From Oligoflexia bacterium (GTDB taxonomy: Bacteria; Bdellovibrionota; UBA1018; CAIPTA01): a stretch of 64,000 nucleotides of DNA. Positions 35,813 to 45,633 of this stretch are shown piece by piece. The stretch lies in contig CAIPTA010000064.1 of assembly GCA_903867855.1 (NCBI GenBank), positions 4,965 through 68,964 on the forward strand, written 5' to 3'. Made by a program: the position numbers and the translations under genes. The number at the start of each line of letters is the position of its first letter. Position 1 is the first letter of the stretch. The notes under the pieces were generated by a model, which saw only the letters and a list, made by a program, of their open reading frames with translations, was not told the origin of the DNA and made no database searches.

Positions 35813-36397
35813 ATGAAACTAATCTACGTATGTATGGTGATGAGCTTATTTGCTGCCTCGGCGGCCTTTGCTGCTCCTGCTCAGGTAATCATGATTCGTC
35901 ACGGGGAAAAGCCAGATACAGGCCCTGATTTAAATGCTCGCGGCTATGAGCGAGCCGATGCCTTAGTGGGATTTTTCACCACGAATCCAGCGATGACAGA
36001 GTTTGGCACTCCAGTGGCGATCTATGCGATGGCCGTGAAAGATAATATCGCCGCCGATGGTAGTTCACAACTCAGCTCGAAACGTCCCATTGAAACTGTT
36101 ACGCCACTAGCTCAAAAACTTGGGCTAAGTATCGACACTCAATTCGCCAAAACTGATGTAAATGGAGCCGTGGAAGATATCATGAGTAATCCTGCATATG
36201 ATGGCAAGATGGTGCTCCTCTGCTGGGAGCACAATATGATTCCGGTTTTCGCTCAGGCCTTCGGTGCCGCTTCCGCGCCCACTTCCTGGGATGGAGCCGT
36301 TTTTGATCGCGCCTGGGTGCTAACCTTTAAGGGATCTAAGGTGAGCGGTTTTCAAGATTTACCTCAGCATCTTTTGCCTGGCGATAGTGTAAACTGA
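35813..36397 (+). CDS. secreted histidine phosphatase superfamily protein
   Basis: Signal peptide MKLIYVCMVMSLFAASAAFA, RHGE motif VIMIRHGEKP, and later CWEHNMIP. ATG at 35813 with a GGGAGGGG SD. The track start at 35762 is a TTG. Confidence 0.7.
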   Translation: MKLIYVCMVMSLFAASAAFAAPAQVIMIRHGEKPDTGPDLNARGYERADALVGFFTTNPAMTEFGTPVAIYAMAVKDNIAADGSSQLSSKRPIETVTPLAQKLGLSIDTQFAKTDVNGAVEDIMSNPAYDGKMVLLCWEHNMIPVFAQAFGAASAPTSWDGAVFDRAWVLTFKGSKVSGFQDLPQHLLPGDSVN

Positions 36398-36399
36398 AT

Positions 36400-38427
36400 T
36401 TATTTTTTCTTGAATAGATTGAGTATGCCGAAGTAGCTCGGGCATTTCCCAAGCTGCTCGCCTAGTTTGCTGGGTAGGCCTAGCAAGTATTTTAATCGAT
36501 CACGGATACCTGCTGCTGTTTTTTGATTGATATCCGTGATGAGAACTGCTTGATCTCTTTCGATTCCTTCTGCGGCTTTATTTAGCTCGCCGATCCTATT
36601 TACGTTAGGCTTTCCATCTTCCGTCAAATCAAATCCCATTTCCTGAAGGAGGCGTTCCACCTGCTTCGGGAATTTTTCACGATAGTGTTGCAAGCCATAC
36701 TCTTTTTTCATGGCTTCTGTGGCATGGGTGATTTCAGGGCTAGCTAAGCGGCTATACTCGGGAAACATTTGGTCGTGGAGCTCTTGTGAAGCAATGGCTG
36801 CCACTAGCTGCTGACGGGTTTCCAGCATCTTGCTTTGGCGGAGTAGAATATCGTCTAAAAAGGTGGCGTCTACATGCAATGCCGCTAAGTTTTTCGATTC
36901 TTCTGCGATAATGGAATCCTGTGCTTGAATCTGCTCTAAGGCAGCTGCGCGATTCTTTTTTTCTTCCTTGAGTAAGTCGTCTAAAACATCAGTAGGCGCG
37001 CTTAAATGCGAGAGCTTATCATGGGCCATGCTCAAGAGAGCATCACTTACCTTATTTTGTTTTACCTCATTTTCCAGAAGATCTTTTAATTCCGTCATGA
37101 GCGAAGCAGATACATCATAGGGCACTTTATTATCCTCTAAAATTTTCTCGGCACGACGAAAAATAATATTCGAGTCTTGGGGCATATCGTGGCGTAGCTG
37201 ACGCCTTAGTTCCGCTGCTGATAGGAGTTTATCCAAACTTTCTTTGATTTTACCCTTTTCCTCTTCGAGAACTTTGATATCCGCGTCTCGCTCATCCAAA
37301 ATTTTCTGCACAGCACTTGTTTTATCGCTCGAATTCGAGGCTTGAACGAGCTGAATCTGATCATCGGCAAGACGTCTACGAGCGGCTATTGCTTCGTCTT
37401 GTTTTGCAGCAGCTCTTGGAAGTTCACCATGCATCGCAATCAAGGCACTTTCATAGGTTCCATCGAATGCAGCTATGCTGCCGATATCATCGCGAGGAGC
37501 AAGGAGCACGCCATTGTTAAATGTGCTTCTTCCGCTTTGAGACGCTGGAGGGAGAGTCGAGTTCCACACTGATACAGCTTGATTGAAGAGGTGATTTAAT
37601 TGTTTAAAGTTTTCGTCTAATTCATCTTTAGAAAGACCTGGAATAATTGATTTGATCGAAAGCTCCTTGGCCTCCTTGATTAACTTTTGAGAATAGTCGA
37701 GTTGGTCTAACTTTTCTTCTTGGTCGTTGATGTGATCCGAAAGATAATTTTGCAGCTTCGTTGACCACTTTTTTAAGTCTCTTGCACCTCGAACGCCTGT
37801 TGCTCCCCGAATGGGGCCCATCACGGGCTCTGCATAGGCTCGCATTAAATCCGCAAGAATACTGCTCGTAAAAGTTTGTTCTGCAATACTCGCCACTTTA
37901 TTTAAAATATAAAGAACTGCGGCTCCTGCGCCTCCGGCAATTGTTCCCAGAGTCGCTTTGTCTATCAGATGGGTCTTCGCCTCAGCACTCACATTCATAT
38001 TCGTCGTACCGGGATTTTTAAATACGCAATAGGGCCATATCTTACCAATGATATCGCCTGTCGAAAGGGTAGAGATATTTCTGATCGTGGCGGGATTAAG
38101 GTACTTTAGTTCTTCCTCTTTCCAGCATCCCTTGAATTCTTCCAAGGTAAAATTTGGATTTAGTTTCTGGATGGCCAGCGCATGTTTTTCCATCGCCGCC
38201 TCGAAATTTGCTTTTTCACCGGGGTCAATATCTAGAGATTTCGACTTTGATGATTGTTTCGTTTCGATCGGGAAATAATCAGCGAGCGTTTTTTGATCAA
38301 AGCCCACAATTGCATTATGTGCCTCCACTGCGCTCATGTTTGAGTTAGTCGCAAAGGCGGAAATACTTACCGTACACGCTACCAGGGCATAAAGGGAGAG
38401 TTGAGATTTTCGAGTGAAAATATTCAT
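36400..38427 (-). CDS. large secreted coiled-coil protein, function unknown
   Basis: 675 aa. Signal peptide ...VSISAFA. Extended E/K/Q/L-rich helical regions and no catalytic motif recognised. Confidence 0.6.
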   Translation of the reverse strand: MNIFTRKSQLSLYALVACTVSISAFATNSNMSAVEAHNAIVGFDQKTLADYFPIETKQSSKSKSLDIDPGEKANFEAAMEKHALAIQKLNPNFTLEEFKGCWKEEELKYLNPATIRNISTLSTGDIIGKIWPYCVFKNPGTTNMNVSAEAKTHLIDKATLGTIAGGAGAAVLYILNKVASIAEQTFTSSILADLMRAYAEPVMGPIRGATGVRGARDLKKWSTKLQNYLSDHINDQEEKLDQLDYSQKLIKEAKELSIKSIIPGLSKDELDENFKQLNHLFNQAVSVWNSTLPPASQSGRSTFNNGVLLAPRDDIGSIAAFDGTYESALIAMHGELPRAAAKQDEAIAARRRLADDQIQLVQASNSSDKTSAVQKILDERDADIKVLEEEKGKIKESLDKLLSAAELRRQLRHDMPQDSNIIFRRAEKILEDNKVPYDVSASLMTELKDLLENEVKQNKVSDALLSMAHDKLSHLSAPTDVLDDLLKEEKKNRAAALEQIQAQDSIIAEESKNLAALHVDATFLDDILLRQSKMLETRQQLVAAIASQELHDQMFPEYSRLASPEITHATEAMKKEYGLQHYREKFPKQVERLLQEMGFDLTEDGKPNVNRIGELNKAAEGIERDQAVLITDINQKTAAGIRDRLKYLLGLPSKLGEQLGKCPSYFGILNLFKKK

Positions 38428-38571
38428 ATTCCAGCACTAACTACTCGGCCAATTTTAGGGGGCTCTTGATCGGAAAATAATTGTTTTTTCACGGAAAAAA
38501 TCCCTCTAGTTTTCAGCCTTTTTGGTCGAAAAAGTGAATGGTGCAAGCTTTATGAAAAAGTGTAAGGAAAA

Positions 38572-39762
38572 ATGAAGGAAAAACTGGCAACAATTTTCTC
38601 CACTCGCGATCGAATTAAGCGAGTGAAATTCTGGGGTGGAATATTCCACTTGCTTAGCGTTGCGCTTTGCTTGTTGGGCGCGCTTTCGCTCTATCCTCAC
38701 GGAGCCTTTCAGAAAAATTTTGAGTTGCAGGAAAAGAGTGCGAATTTAATTCGCAGTCGGCAGCAGCTCATGGAGGCAATGGATAAGCTGGTGCGCTATG
38801 AGGATTACTATCGGGAGTTGCATGGTCGCTATACGAGAGATCTTTCGCGACTCTTCTTGCCGGAAAAACTATCCACCGGTTCTTGGGAAGATGTGCGTCG
38901 GCACTATGAAATTTCTGCGCTCGATGTGCAGGGTAATCATCTCTTGATGTTGGCTCAAGGCGTAGATCGCCCTGATCGTGCCACTATCGATGAGCGCCAT
39001 CGCTTCAGTGTGAACTTTGCTGTTCCCACTCCTTCAAAAAGTTATCTCTACGAGGAGGCGGATCGCGCGATTCGCCTCAGCAAAAAAGGCAAGTTGGATA
39101 ATGCATCGCTGGCCGCAGGATTTTGGACAATCACGAAAGAAAAAGAAGATTCCGGCGATCACTACTATGCAACTGGCGTGCGCGGAATTGTGGTGGGGGA
39201 GCGCCATGAGGAGCGTGGCTATAATTCAAGGGAGATCGCTTCGATTTTTACCGCTGTGAGTGAGCAGGTGAAAAATCATATGGCGGCCACCGAGGAAAAA
39301 GTTCCAGCCGCAGCGGGCAGTGTTTTTGACGCCAGTGATGTAGGTGATTATCTTCGTTCGGCTCGAGATGCAGAGCATATTTTTAAACGTGAGCGCGGAC
39401 ACTATGCCAGAAAATGGGAAGAGCTCGATAGTGTAACGGGATTCCACTTTCAAGAGCGCCAGCAGCGCGCGGAAAATATTCGCGTACATCCAATCGATGT
39501 GAAGCAAGACGATTCTGACTTTCATTTGGTGATTGAAGGCACCAGTGGTGAATTACTGGGAGAGAAATTTATGATGGAAGAAGCAGGCGAGATTCGAGAA
39601 ATGCGTTACACGGATGCGCTAATTAATCAGCTCCAAGAATCTACACAATTGCTGGAGAGCGCATCGAAGTTTCAGATTAGCGAAGAGCCCTCTGATACTC
39701 CTCAGGCAATCCTTGACAGAAAAAAATCCGATACCGTACACTCAATAGACCAGGTCAAATAA
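38572..39762 (+). CDS. membrane-anchored hypothetical protein
   Basis: 396 aa with a single N-terminal TM (IFHLLSVALCLLGALSLY). No motif recognised. Confidence 0.55.
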   Translation: MKEKLATIFSTRDRIKRVKFWGGIFHLLSVALCLLGALSLYPHGAFQKNFELQEKSANLIRSRQQLMEAMDKLVRYEDYYRELHGRYTRDLSRLFLPEKLSTGSWEDVRRHYEISALDVQGNHLLMLAQGVDRPDRATIDERHRFSVNFAVPTPSKSYLYEEADRAIRLSKKGKLDNASLAAGFWTITKEKEDSGDHYYATGVRGIVVGERHEERGYNSREIASIFTAVSEQVKNHMAATEEKVPAAAGSVFDASDVGDYLRSARDAEHIFKRERGHYARKWEELDSVTGFHFQERQQRAENIRVHPIDVKQDDSDFHLVIEGTSGELLGEKFMMEEAGEIREMRYTDALINQLQESTQLLESASKFQISEEPSDTPQAILDRKKSDTVHSIDQVK

Positions 39763-39765
39763 TTC

Positions 39766-41190
39766 ATGGATGAAAAAATACGAAAAATAATTCTCGCGGC
39801 TGGTTTGTTAATCACCGTTACTTCGCTTTCCGCTTGCGGACACAATAGTGTGCGCCCTGAAGGTGGAATGGCTGAAACACACGGTAGCGGTGGTTTGCTT
39901 GGCTCTGGCACAAAACCAGAGGAAGCTAAGCCCTCTTCAGAAGCAAGCTTGAATCAGCCTGTGCTCGGCGTTTCTCTGCAGCATCGTGATTTCGATATGC
40001 CTGTGGTCTATAACCAGGAAGTACAAAACTGGGTGGAATACTTCAATGGCCCCGGGAGAAGATATTTCTCGGTCTACCTAGATCGCATGAACGAATATAA
40101 AGGGATCATCCAGCCCAAATTGAAGGCGGCCGGATTACCCCAAGATTTGATTTTCCTCGCCATGATCGAAAGTGGCTTTAGCACCCAAGCGAAATCCCAT
40201 GCGGGTGCCGTAGGGCAGTGGCAATTTATGCGCTCTACCGGACGTCTCTTTGGCCTGAAAGCAGATTGGTGGGTGGATGAAAGATCTGATCCATCGAAGG
40301 CGGCTGACGCTGCTGTAGAATACCTTGGGCGCTTACACGGTGAATTCAATAGCTGGGAGCTTGCCACCGCCGCTTACAATGCGGGGGAGGTGAAAGTGCG
40401 CAATGCGATTGCGCGTCTCCACACGAGGGATTTCTGGGAGATCGCGAAAAATCGCCGCGCGCTTCGCAAAGAAACCAGGGACTATGTGCCGAAGATGATG
40501 GCTGCAGCGATTATCGCGAAAAATGCAGAACAGTTCGGCTTTCATCCTGCGCCGGGCAGTGATCGCTGGCAAAATACGGTGGAAGTGAATATTCCCCGCA
40601 CGGAAAATTTACGCGCCATTGCGAAGGCTGCGAATATCGATCGCGAAGAATTGCGTGAACTAAATCCTGAATTACTTCGTTGCTGCACTCCTCCCAAAAC
40701 AAATAGCTATAGCTTGCGTCTCCCAAAGGGTGAGGCTGCTGCCAAAGTTGCTGCTGCCGTAGAATCCGGGGAGCTTGGCCAGTATAAAGATTTCGATCGC
40801 GTGGTGATTCGTCGCGGCGATACTCTTTCAAAAATCGCCTCTAACCATCATGTGCCGATCGAAGCGATTGTGGCTCTTAATGAATTGCCGAGTGTGCGTC
40901 GACTGAAGCCAGGAACCGAACTCGTAATTCCTGAAGGCGGGTCTGCTCGTATCGCAAGAAGCTCTCGCGGATCAAGAGCAATTGCTAGCGAAGTGCCCGG
41001 ACCAGCCGGCAAAAAGCATCTTCTTTACGTGGTGCAAAAAGGGGATACCCTGGATGCGATTTCCCGCCGTTATTCGGTGCGCGTAAAGGAAATTCGTGCT
41101 TGGAACTCGCTGCGTCGTTCAAAATTGCTGCGTCCCGGAAGCCGTCTTAAGTTATATGTAAGTAATGAAAGCGCCAAAGAAAACATATAA
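39766..41190 (+). CDS. lipoprotein lytic transglycosylase with two LysM domains (MltD-like)
   Basis: Lipobox LSAC. SLT core AMIESGFSTQAKSHAGAVGQWQFM...AAYNAGE. Two LysM repeats (VIRRGDTLSKIA..., YVVQKGDTLDAISRRY...). Confidence 0.85.
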   Translation: MDEKIRKIILAAGLLITVTSLSACGHNSVRPEGGMAETHGSGGLLGSGTKPEEAKPSSEASLNQPVLGVSLQHRDFDMPVVYNQEVQNWVEYFNGPGRRYFSVYLDRMNEYKGIIQPKLKAAGLPQDLIFLAMIESGFSTQAKSHAGAVGQWQFMRSTGRLFGLKADWWVDERSDPSKAADAAVEYLGRLHGEFNSWELATAAYNAGEVKVRNAIARLHTRDFWEIAKNRRALRKETRDYVPKMMAAAIIAKNAEQFGFHPAPGSDRWQNTVEVNIPRTENLRAIAKAANIDREELRELNPELLRCCTPPKTNSYSLRLPKGEAAAKVAAAVESGELGQYKDFDRVVIRRGDTLSKIASNHHVPIEAIVALNELPSVRRLKPGTELVIPEGGSARIARSSRGSRAIASEVPGPAGKKHLLYVVQKGDTLDAISRRYSVRVKEIRAWNSLRRSKLLRPGSRLKLYVSNESAKENI

Positions 41191-42271
41191 GCCCAAACAT
41201 GGCAGTTCCTATGATGCAATCGTGGTTGGTGGAGGTCTATCCGGACTCCTCACTTCAGCCTTCCTCCTCAAAAAGGGTCGCAAAGTTCTGCTTCTCGAAA
41301 AACTAGAAAAACTCGGCGGACGTTTCTCCCCCGAAGCTAGAGATGGCTTTCTGCTGGGAGCTGGATTTCGTTTTGGCGATGCTAGCGCTTGGGCAAGCGT
41401 GGCCGATTATTTACAAATTCCTTGTGAGTTACACAGCATTCAAAATGGCGGCGCCCTTCTTCACTCTACGCGTGGTTGGATTGAACCCGAAGAGCTTCCT
41501 GATTGGGAGGCTTATTACTCTGCGAACTGCACTGCCTATCCCACTCGTGGTGCCTTCGGTATTGCAGAAAGTCTGCTGGATTTTTGCGAGGCTTCGGAGA
41601 ATTTTTCTGTGGCGCTTTCGTCGCCCGTTTCCGGTGTAACGATTCAAGCGGCACGAGTGCATAAGGTATCCATCGGAGCGGAGATGGAAGTAGAAGCGAA
41701 AGATTTATATTGGTCTAGCGACTATAAGGCCTTGCTAGAATCCCTGCGCGGGGAAGTAGCTGAAGCAGGCCCAGAGCGTGTTTCTTGGCTGAAAAAATTT
41801 GTGAAAACTCCTTCAAACCCCGCAGTGGTGATGGAGTTTGCCCATTCCAAAAAGATTGGCGAATTTACCGAGAGCTTGATAATGCCGTTTACGGCTGGGG
41901 AAAAAGAAGAGCGTCGTTATTTAGTGGGTGCTTTGCTTGGCAATCGCGATCCGAGCCTCGCTCCCGCAGGGAAAGAACTTTCTTCTTGGATTATGCCACT
42001 CACAGAATCAGAGTGGGGCGAAAATCATGAGACCATGAAAAAGATTCGCTCTGCCCGACGGCTGCTAGAAAAAGCTTTGCCTGGCTTTGAATCATCCATA
42101 CTTTTTGATCGCGTGCTTGTGCTGAATCAAAGTGCGAGTCCTCTGCTTAAGAAAAAAGGGGAGTGGCATCCGCTGCTCGCCAATTTGAGCCTTTGCGCAG
42201 ATTGGTCTTCGCCTGAGGGAGCTACCCTTGAGGCGCTCTGCTCGCAGATGCTGCATCACTTTCGCGACTAA
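41165..42271 (+). CDS. FAD/NAD(P)-binding oxidoreductase (phytoene-desaturase-like)
   Basis: YDAIVVGGGLSGLLTSAFLLKKGRKVLLLEK Rossmann dinucleotide motif. Confidence 0.65.
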   Translation: MKAPKKTYKPKHGSSYDAIVVGGGLSGLLTSAFLLKKGRKVLLLEKLEKLGGRFSPEARDGFLLGAGFRFGDASAWASVADYLQIPCELHSIQNGGALLHSTRGWIEPEELPDWEAYYSANCTAYPTRGAFGIAESLLDFCEASENFSVALSSPVSGVTIQAARVHKVSIGAEMEVEAKDLYWSSDYKALLESLRGEVAEAGPERVSWLKKFVKTPSNPAVVMEFAHSKKIGEFTESLIMPFTAGEKEERRYLVGALLGNRDPSLAPAGKELSSWIMPLTESEWGENHETMKKIRSARRLLEKALPGFESSILFDRVLVLNQSASPLLKKKGEWHPLLANLSLCADWSSPEGATLEALCSQMLHHFRD

Positions 42272-42741
42272 TGCGTTTCCAGTTAGTGAGTTTTGGTAAA
42301 AGTAAGTTTCCCTTTGTGGATGAAGCCGTAGAGCACTACGCCGAAAATATTCGCCACATGGCGGAGCTCGAAATTGAATTTCTTCGCGATCAAAAGAGTG
42401 ATCGTGAGGTGGAAGCCGAAGTGCTGCTCGCTTGGTTAGAGCGCAAAAAATTTTTGAAGGATGGACGCATCCGAATTATTCTCCTCGATGAGGGCGGGAA
42501 GGAGCATGATTCCGTTTCCTTTTCGAAATGGATTAGTAAACTGGAGAATGAAGGCGTTTCCCGTTTGGTTTTCGTGATCGGCGGTGCCTTTGGCTATGGA
42601 AAGAAAATCCAAGACCATAATTTCGGTAAACTTTCCCTTTCGGCCATGACTTTTCCTCACGATATCGCCCGCATAGTTTTGCTCGAACAAGTGTATCGCG
42701 CGCTTCACATCCAAGCGGGCACCAAGTATCATCATGTGTAA
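42271..42741 (+). CDS. rlmH: 23S rRNA (pseudouridine1915-N3)-methyltransferase
   Basis: 156 aa SPOUT protein with FVIGGAFGYG...LSLSAMTFPHDIARIVLLEQVYRA. Confidence 0.9.
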   Translation: MRFQLVSFGKSKFPFVDEAVEHYAENIRHMAELEIEFLRDQKSDREVEAEVLLAWLERKKFLKDGRIRIILLDEGGKEHDSVSFSKWISKLENEGVSRLVFVIGGAFGYGKKIQDHNFGKLSLSAMTFPHDIARIVLLEQVYRALHIQAGTKYHHV

Positions 42742-42753
42742 GAGGAATTCCTA

Positions 42754-43749
42754 ATGGCGCTCTCCCGACATAGAAAAGAGATTAAAACGATTGCCGTGCT
42801 CACGAGTGGTGGCGATGCCCCAGGTATGAATGCAGCGCTTCGAGCCGTAGTGCGCTACTCGATTGCCAAGGGCTTGCGGGTGTATGGCTCCAAAAAAGGC
42901 TACAGCGGGCTCCTCGATGGCAATCTCTCTGAACTAGATCGCAAAAGCGTGGCGAATATTATTCAGCGTGGTGGCACCATTCTAAAGACAGATCGCTGCG
43001 ATGAATTCCGCACCCGTTCCGGCCGTGCCTCCGCTGCAAAAAACCTTCGCGAAAAAGGAATTGATGCGCTTGTGGTAATTGGTGGCGATGGAAGTTTTCG
43101 TGGTGCCCATGCCCTCTGGCAAGAACAAAATATTCCTGTGATCGGAGTGCCGGGTACGATCGATAACGATATTAATGGCACAGATTTTACGATTGGCTTT
43201 GATACAGCGGTGAATACTGCCATTCAGTCCATCGATAAAATTCGAGATACGGCGAGCTCTCATGAGCGCACCTTCATTGTTGAAGTGATGGGCAGAAACT
43301 CGGGTCATATTGCTCTCGAAGTGGGTATTGGTGGCGGAGCGGAAGCGATTGTGCTGCCAGAGCATAAGCTTTCGCAATCCGCTCTTGCTAGCCGGGTGAA
43401 AAAAGGCATGGAGCGCGGGAAAACGAGTTCCATCATAGTGCTCGCCGAAGGGAAAACTCCGGGCGGATCCTTTCAGCTCGCGAAAGAGTTAGAAAAACGC
43501 TACAAAATTTCGGCGAAGGTTTGCATTCTCGGCCACGTACAACGCGGAGGAGCTCCCACGGCGCGAGATCGCAGCCTTGCTAGTCGCATGGGGGCTGGGG
43601 CTGTGCGGGCATTGCTTGATGGCTATACGGATCTCATGGTGGGCATCAAGGGCGAAAAAGAAGCGCTCGTGCCGTTAAAAGATGCGGTGAAGAAGGCGGA
43701 AAAAATTGGCGATGAACTGATCAACCTCGCTCAAATTTTGGCCCTTTAG
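42754..43749 (+). CDS. pfkA: ATP-dependent 6-phosphofructokinase
   Basis: IAVLTSGGDAPGMNAALRAVV, VIGGDGSF, GVPGTIDNDI, EVMGR and GHVQRGG. Confidence 0.9.
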   Translation: MALSRHRKEIKTIAVLTSGGDAPGMNAALRAVVRYSIAKGLRVYGSKKGYSGLLDGNLSELDRKSVANIIQRGGTILKTDRCDEFRTRSGRASAAKNLREKGIDALVVIGGDGSFRGAHALWQEQNIPVIGVPGTIDNDINGTDFTIGFDTAVNTAIQSIDKIRDTASSHERTFIVEVMGRNSGHIALEVGIGGGAEAIVLPEHKLSQSALASRVKKGMERGKTSSIIVLAEGKTPGGSFQLAKELEKRYKISAKVCILGHVQRGGAPTARDRSLASRMGAGAVRALLDGYTDLMVGIKGEKEALVPLKDAVKKAEKIGDELINLAQILAL

Positions 43750-43843
43750 GTAGTCTGCTTTTCCTACGTCAGAGTAAAATCTAGATTCATTTTCCACATT
43801 TAGGCATCGTCGGGATTGCTCAGCCTTTGCATATCTCCACAGC

Positions 43844-44470
43844 ATGGTAACAACACTGCTGCGATTTTTTTTGCGACCGAAATGTGTGATTTGTGGCAGC
43901 GACTCAAGACTTAGTTTGCACTGGTGCTGGGCCTGTATGCGGGCGCTTCGAAGCCTCAAAAGGTCTACGGGCTCTGCTTGCATCGAGTATCAGGGGAGAG
44001 AGGCAGCAAGTTTACTCTCGGAAATGCGAGGGGCGCAGCATCGGCATGCGCTCGCGTTTTTTGGCAAACGTCTCGCAGAAAAAGCAATGCAGCAAAAATT
44101 TGATTATGTGCTTATTGCCCCACAAAATCGAAAGAGCGGCGGACTCTCCGTATTTGCGAGGAAGCTCGCTTCCCTCACTTCCGCTCAATTTTTACCAAAT
44201 CAATTCTCTAAGCCCTTCAAGCATCGCCAGCACGGGCGGGGAGCGGCAGATCGCTTGAACACTGATCTATTCATTTGTAGCAAAAGGAATCCGTCGCTGA
44301 TCGGGGCGCGGATATTACTCATGGATGATGTGAGCGCTACGGGCACTACGCTGGCGCAATGTGCGCATCTTTTGCAAGAGCAAGGGGTACAGTCCACTAC
44401 GAGTTTCGTGCTAGCCCGCAGTCCCGCCAAATTCAAAAGCGAGCGCGAGGAGACCAATAAAAAAGCCTAA
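43844..44470 (+). CDS. comF: ComF-family phosphoribosyltransferase-like protein
   Basis: N-terminal CVICGS...CWAC zinc-finger and the C-terminal PRTase loop ILLMDDVSATGTTL. Confidence 0.7.
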   Translation: MVTTLLRFFLRPKCVICGSDSRLSLHWCWACMRALRSLKRSTGSACIEYQGREAASLLSEMRGAQHRHALAFFGKRLAEKAMQQKFDYVLIAPQNRKSGGLSVFARKLASLTSAQFLPNQFSKPFKHRQHGRGAADRLNTDLFICSKRNPSLIGARILLMDDVSATGTTLAQCAHLLQEQGVQSTTSFVLARSPAKFKSEREETNKKA

Positions 44471-45172
44471 GAGTTTCAGCCAATGGCCATGCTCTTTTTC
44501 ATGGAGGTGAGGCAGGAGGTCTGCCGAAGCAATATAGAGAAAGGTACCGCAAGAAACAGCTACAGCAATACCCAGAGAGTTATTCGTGTGAGCGCCAAGC
44601 CAATTCACCGATTGGTTGCCCAGCAAAATTCCTAAGGGCCCCATACAAGCATAAAGGCAATTAAATGTAATAGTTTTTTGTTTAGACCAATGGGAGCGAA
44701 GTAGGAGCACCACGAGCGCCAGAGTTTCAGGCACTTTATGAATGAGCACAGCCGCAAGCATGGCAAACGCTACGGGGGTGGCAACATTCGATTTGAGGCC
44801 AACACCCAAGGCGATGCCCGAAATAACGCTATGAACAGAAAGGCCAAAAAAAGTGGTATAGCCCACTTTATGGTTCGGGCAGGCTTCCTCCCCGCAGGCG
44901 TGAGCCATAGTGAAGTTTTCCAGGAAGAAAATCGCTAGGAAGCCTAGCAAAACATAGATACCTGCACTTTCGCCCAATATATGAATAGCGGATGGGAGCA
45001 TGTGCAAAAATGCGGCCGAGAGAAGCACGCCGGCTCCGAGGGCGATGAAGAAATCAAAATGAGCATGCTTGGTTTTTAAGAGGATGGGCAAAAAACCGAT
45101 TATCACGATAATGAGAAAGTGAGCGAGCGCAGCATAAAAGGGTGTAATGATCATGATGCGACTTTCTAACAC
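44411..45172 (-). CDS. ZIP-family metal transporter (ZupT-like)
   Basis: Eight-TM layout. GLSVHSVISGIALG and HKVPETLAL signature His/Glu motifs. Confidence 0.85.
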   Translation of the reverse strand: MLESRIMIITPFYAALAHFLIIVIIGFLPILLKTKHAHFDFFIALGAGVLLSAAFLHMLPSAIHILGESAGIYVLLGFLAIFFLENFTMAHACGEEACPNHKVGYTTFFGLSVHSVISGIALGVGLKSNVATPVAFAMLAAVLIHKVPETLALVVLLLRSHWSKQKTITFNCLYACMGPLGILLGNQSVNWLGAHTNNSLGIAVAVSCGTFLYIASADLLPHLHEKEHGHWLKLLGFFIGLLALAFEFGGTAG

Positions 45173-45197
45173 GACCCATACTGCGAGGCAACAAAGC

Positions 45198-45569
45198 CTA
45201 GCGTTCTTGTAGTTTCAAGTTAAAGCGGCAATGAGGGCAAGTGAGGAGGATTGGGCTCTTTAAGGATTGTTCAGGGCAGCCAATGGTCTTGGCGCATTCT
45301 GGGCAAATTACGCTAAATGCCGCCAACCGGCTTACTTCTCGAATCTTCTTTTGAAATGAATAGATTCCAAAGCCGAAAAAGAAAGGCACGCTTACCCAGT
45401 GAATTGGGGGGAGGGGGATGGTTCCCAGGCTGATGGCCCAGAATAGTCCGAGTGATTTCAGGGCTAATTTTCGACGCTCTTCGGGAGCTAGGAAGCGGAT
45501 AGTCAGATCACAAGAATTAGATTTTCCGCTGCTGCTGGAGAGGCTCGCTAAAAAACTTTTCGATTCCAT
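45198..45569 (-). CDS. hypothetical membrane protein with C-terminal zinc ribbon
   Basis: Two TM helices, then CPECAKT...CPHCRF (CxxC...CxxC). Confidence 0.45.
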   Translation of the reverse strand: MESKSFLASLSSSSGKSNSCDLTIRFLAPEERRKLALKSLGLFWAISLGTIPLPPIHWVSVPFFFGFGIYSFQKKIREVSRLAAFSVICPECAKTIGCPEQSLKSPILLTCPHCRFNLKLQER

Positions 45570-45633
45570 GCTCTACTATTTCTTTCGACGCGCTGTGAAT
45601 GCAAGAGTATTTTTTCTTTGCTATAGTTCCCAC

